From a virus (taxonomy: Duplodnaviria > Caudoviricetes): a stretch of DNA of 35,962 bases. Position 1 is the first letter of the stretch. Every line of letters begins with the position of its first letter. A program made the translations under genes and the position numbers. The stretch covers positions 1 to 35,962 of IMG/VR virus record IMGVR_UViG_3300028586_000052. One strand, written 5' to 3'. Shown here one piece after another: positions 35,609-35,962 of the stretch. The notes below the pieces were generated by a model, which had not been told where the DNA came from, searched no databases, and saw nothing but the letters and a program-made list of their open reading frames with translations.

Positions 35609-35962
35609 TTGAAAGCAGCCTTCTATCGCGGCACCCGGCCCGGCATTGCCGGCATCTACAACCGCATTGTGCGCTGGTGGACCCGCAGTGATTTTTCGCA
35701 CGTCGAACTGGTGCTTTCGACGGGCCTCGCCTGGTCGGCCTCGTTTGCCGACGGCGGTGTGCGCAGCAAGCCGATCGACTTCGACTCGAAGAACTGGATC
35801 CTGATCGACCTGCCGCCGGCGCTGGAGAAGGCCGCCGAGGCGTGGTTCTTCGTACACCGAGGCGCCAAGTATGACCTGCTGGGCAACCTGCAGTTCGTGC
35901 TGTCGCCGATTCCACACACGCAAGGCCGCTGGTTCTGCTCCGAGGCCGTGGCAGCCGCGCTT
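35609..35962 (+). CDS. Permuted papain-like (YiiX/NlpC-P60-related) protein, partial
   Basis: TTG start after GAAAGGA; FSHVELV, GAKYDLLG, RWFCSE motifs; runs off the window end. Confidence 0.8.
   Translation, partial: MKAAFYRGTRPGIAGIYNRIVRWWTRSDFSHVELVLSTGLAWSASFADGGVRSKPIDFDSKNWILIDLPPALEKAAEAWFFVHRGAKYDLLGNLQFVLSPIPHTQGRWFCSEAVAAAL

Larger units (their letters stand above)
131..35962. mobile_element. Lambdoid/HK97-like siphophage prophage (right end outside the window; left boundary approximate)
   Basis: Complete ordered set of immunity, replication, Q, HNH, terminase, portal, protease, capsid, neck, tail and TMP genes. Confidence 0.97.

Overview
The window is most of a GC-rich, temperate lambdoid/HK97-like siphophage prophage. 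A Betaproteobacterial (Oxalobacteraceae-like) host is an impression only. From left to right it contains: a probable attL-proximal end with a PrtN/Xis-like gene; a leftward early operon of hypotheticals; an immunity region (cI/cro with readable 14-bp operators and PL/PR/PRM promoters); a helicase plus toprim-primase replication module; a RusA-like gene broken by an in-frame TAG; an embedded tyrosine recombinase; an AT-rich accessory island (Panacea/SocA antitoxin, 2TM partner, pseudo-receiver); a Q-like antiterminator with late promoter and terminator; HNH, cos region, terminase, portal, Clp protease and capsid; an extra block of putative head-appendage genes; and neck, tail, tape-measure and tail-fibre genes. 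The window ends inside a permuted papain-like gene, and no lysis genes are seen. The most unusual observations are: (i) a catalytically dead, HTH-less S24 paralogue directly behind cI, followed by an unlisted Pro-rich micropeptide and a SLATT-like membrane gene; (ii) a ~460-nt hairpin-dense noncoding element right after the primase; (iii) an intact integrase-like recombinase inside the lytic early operon beside a cargo island; and (iv) a Panacea antitoxin paired with a membrane protein. All family calls come from motif recognition, not database searches.
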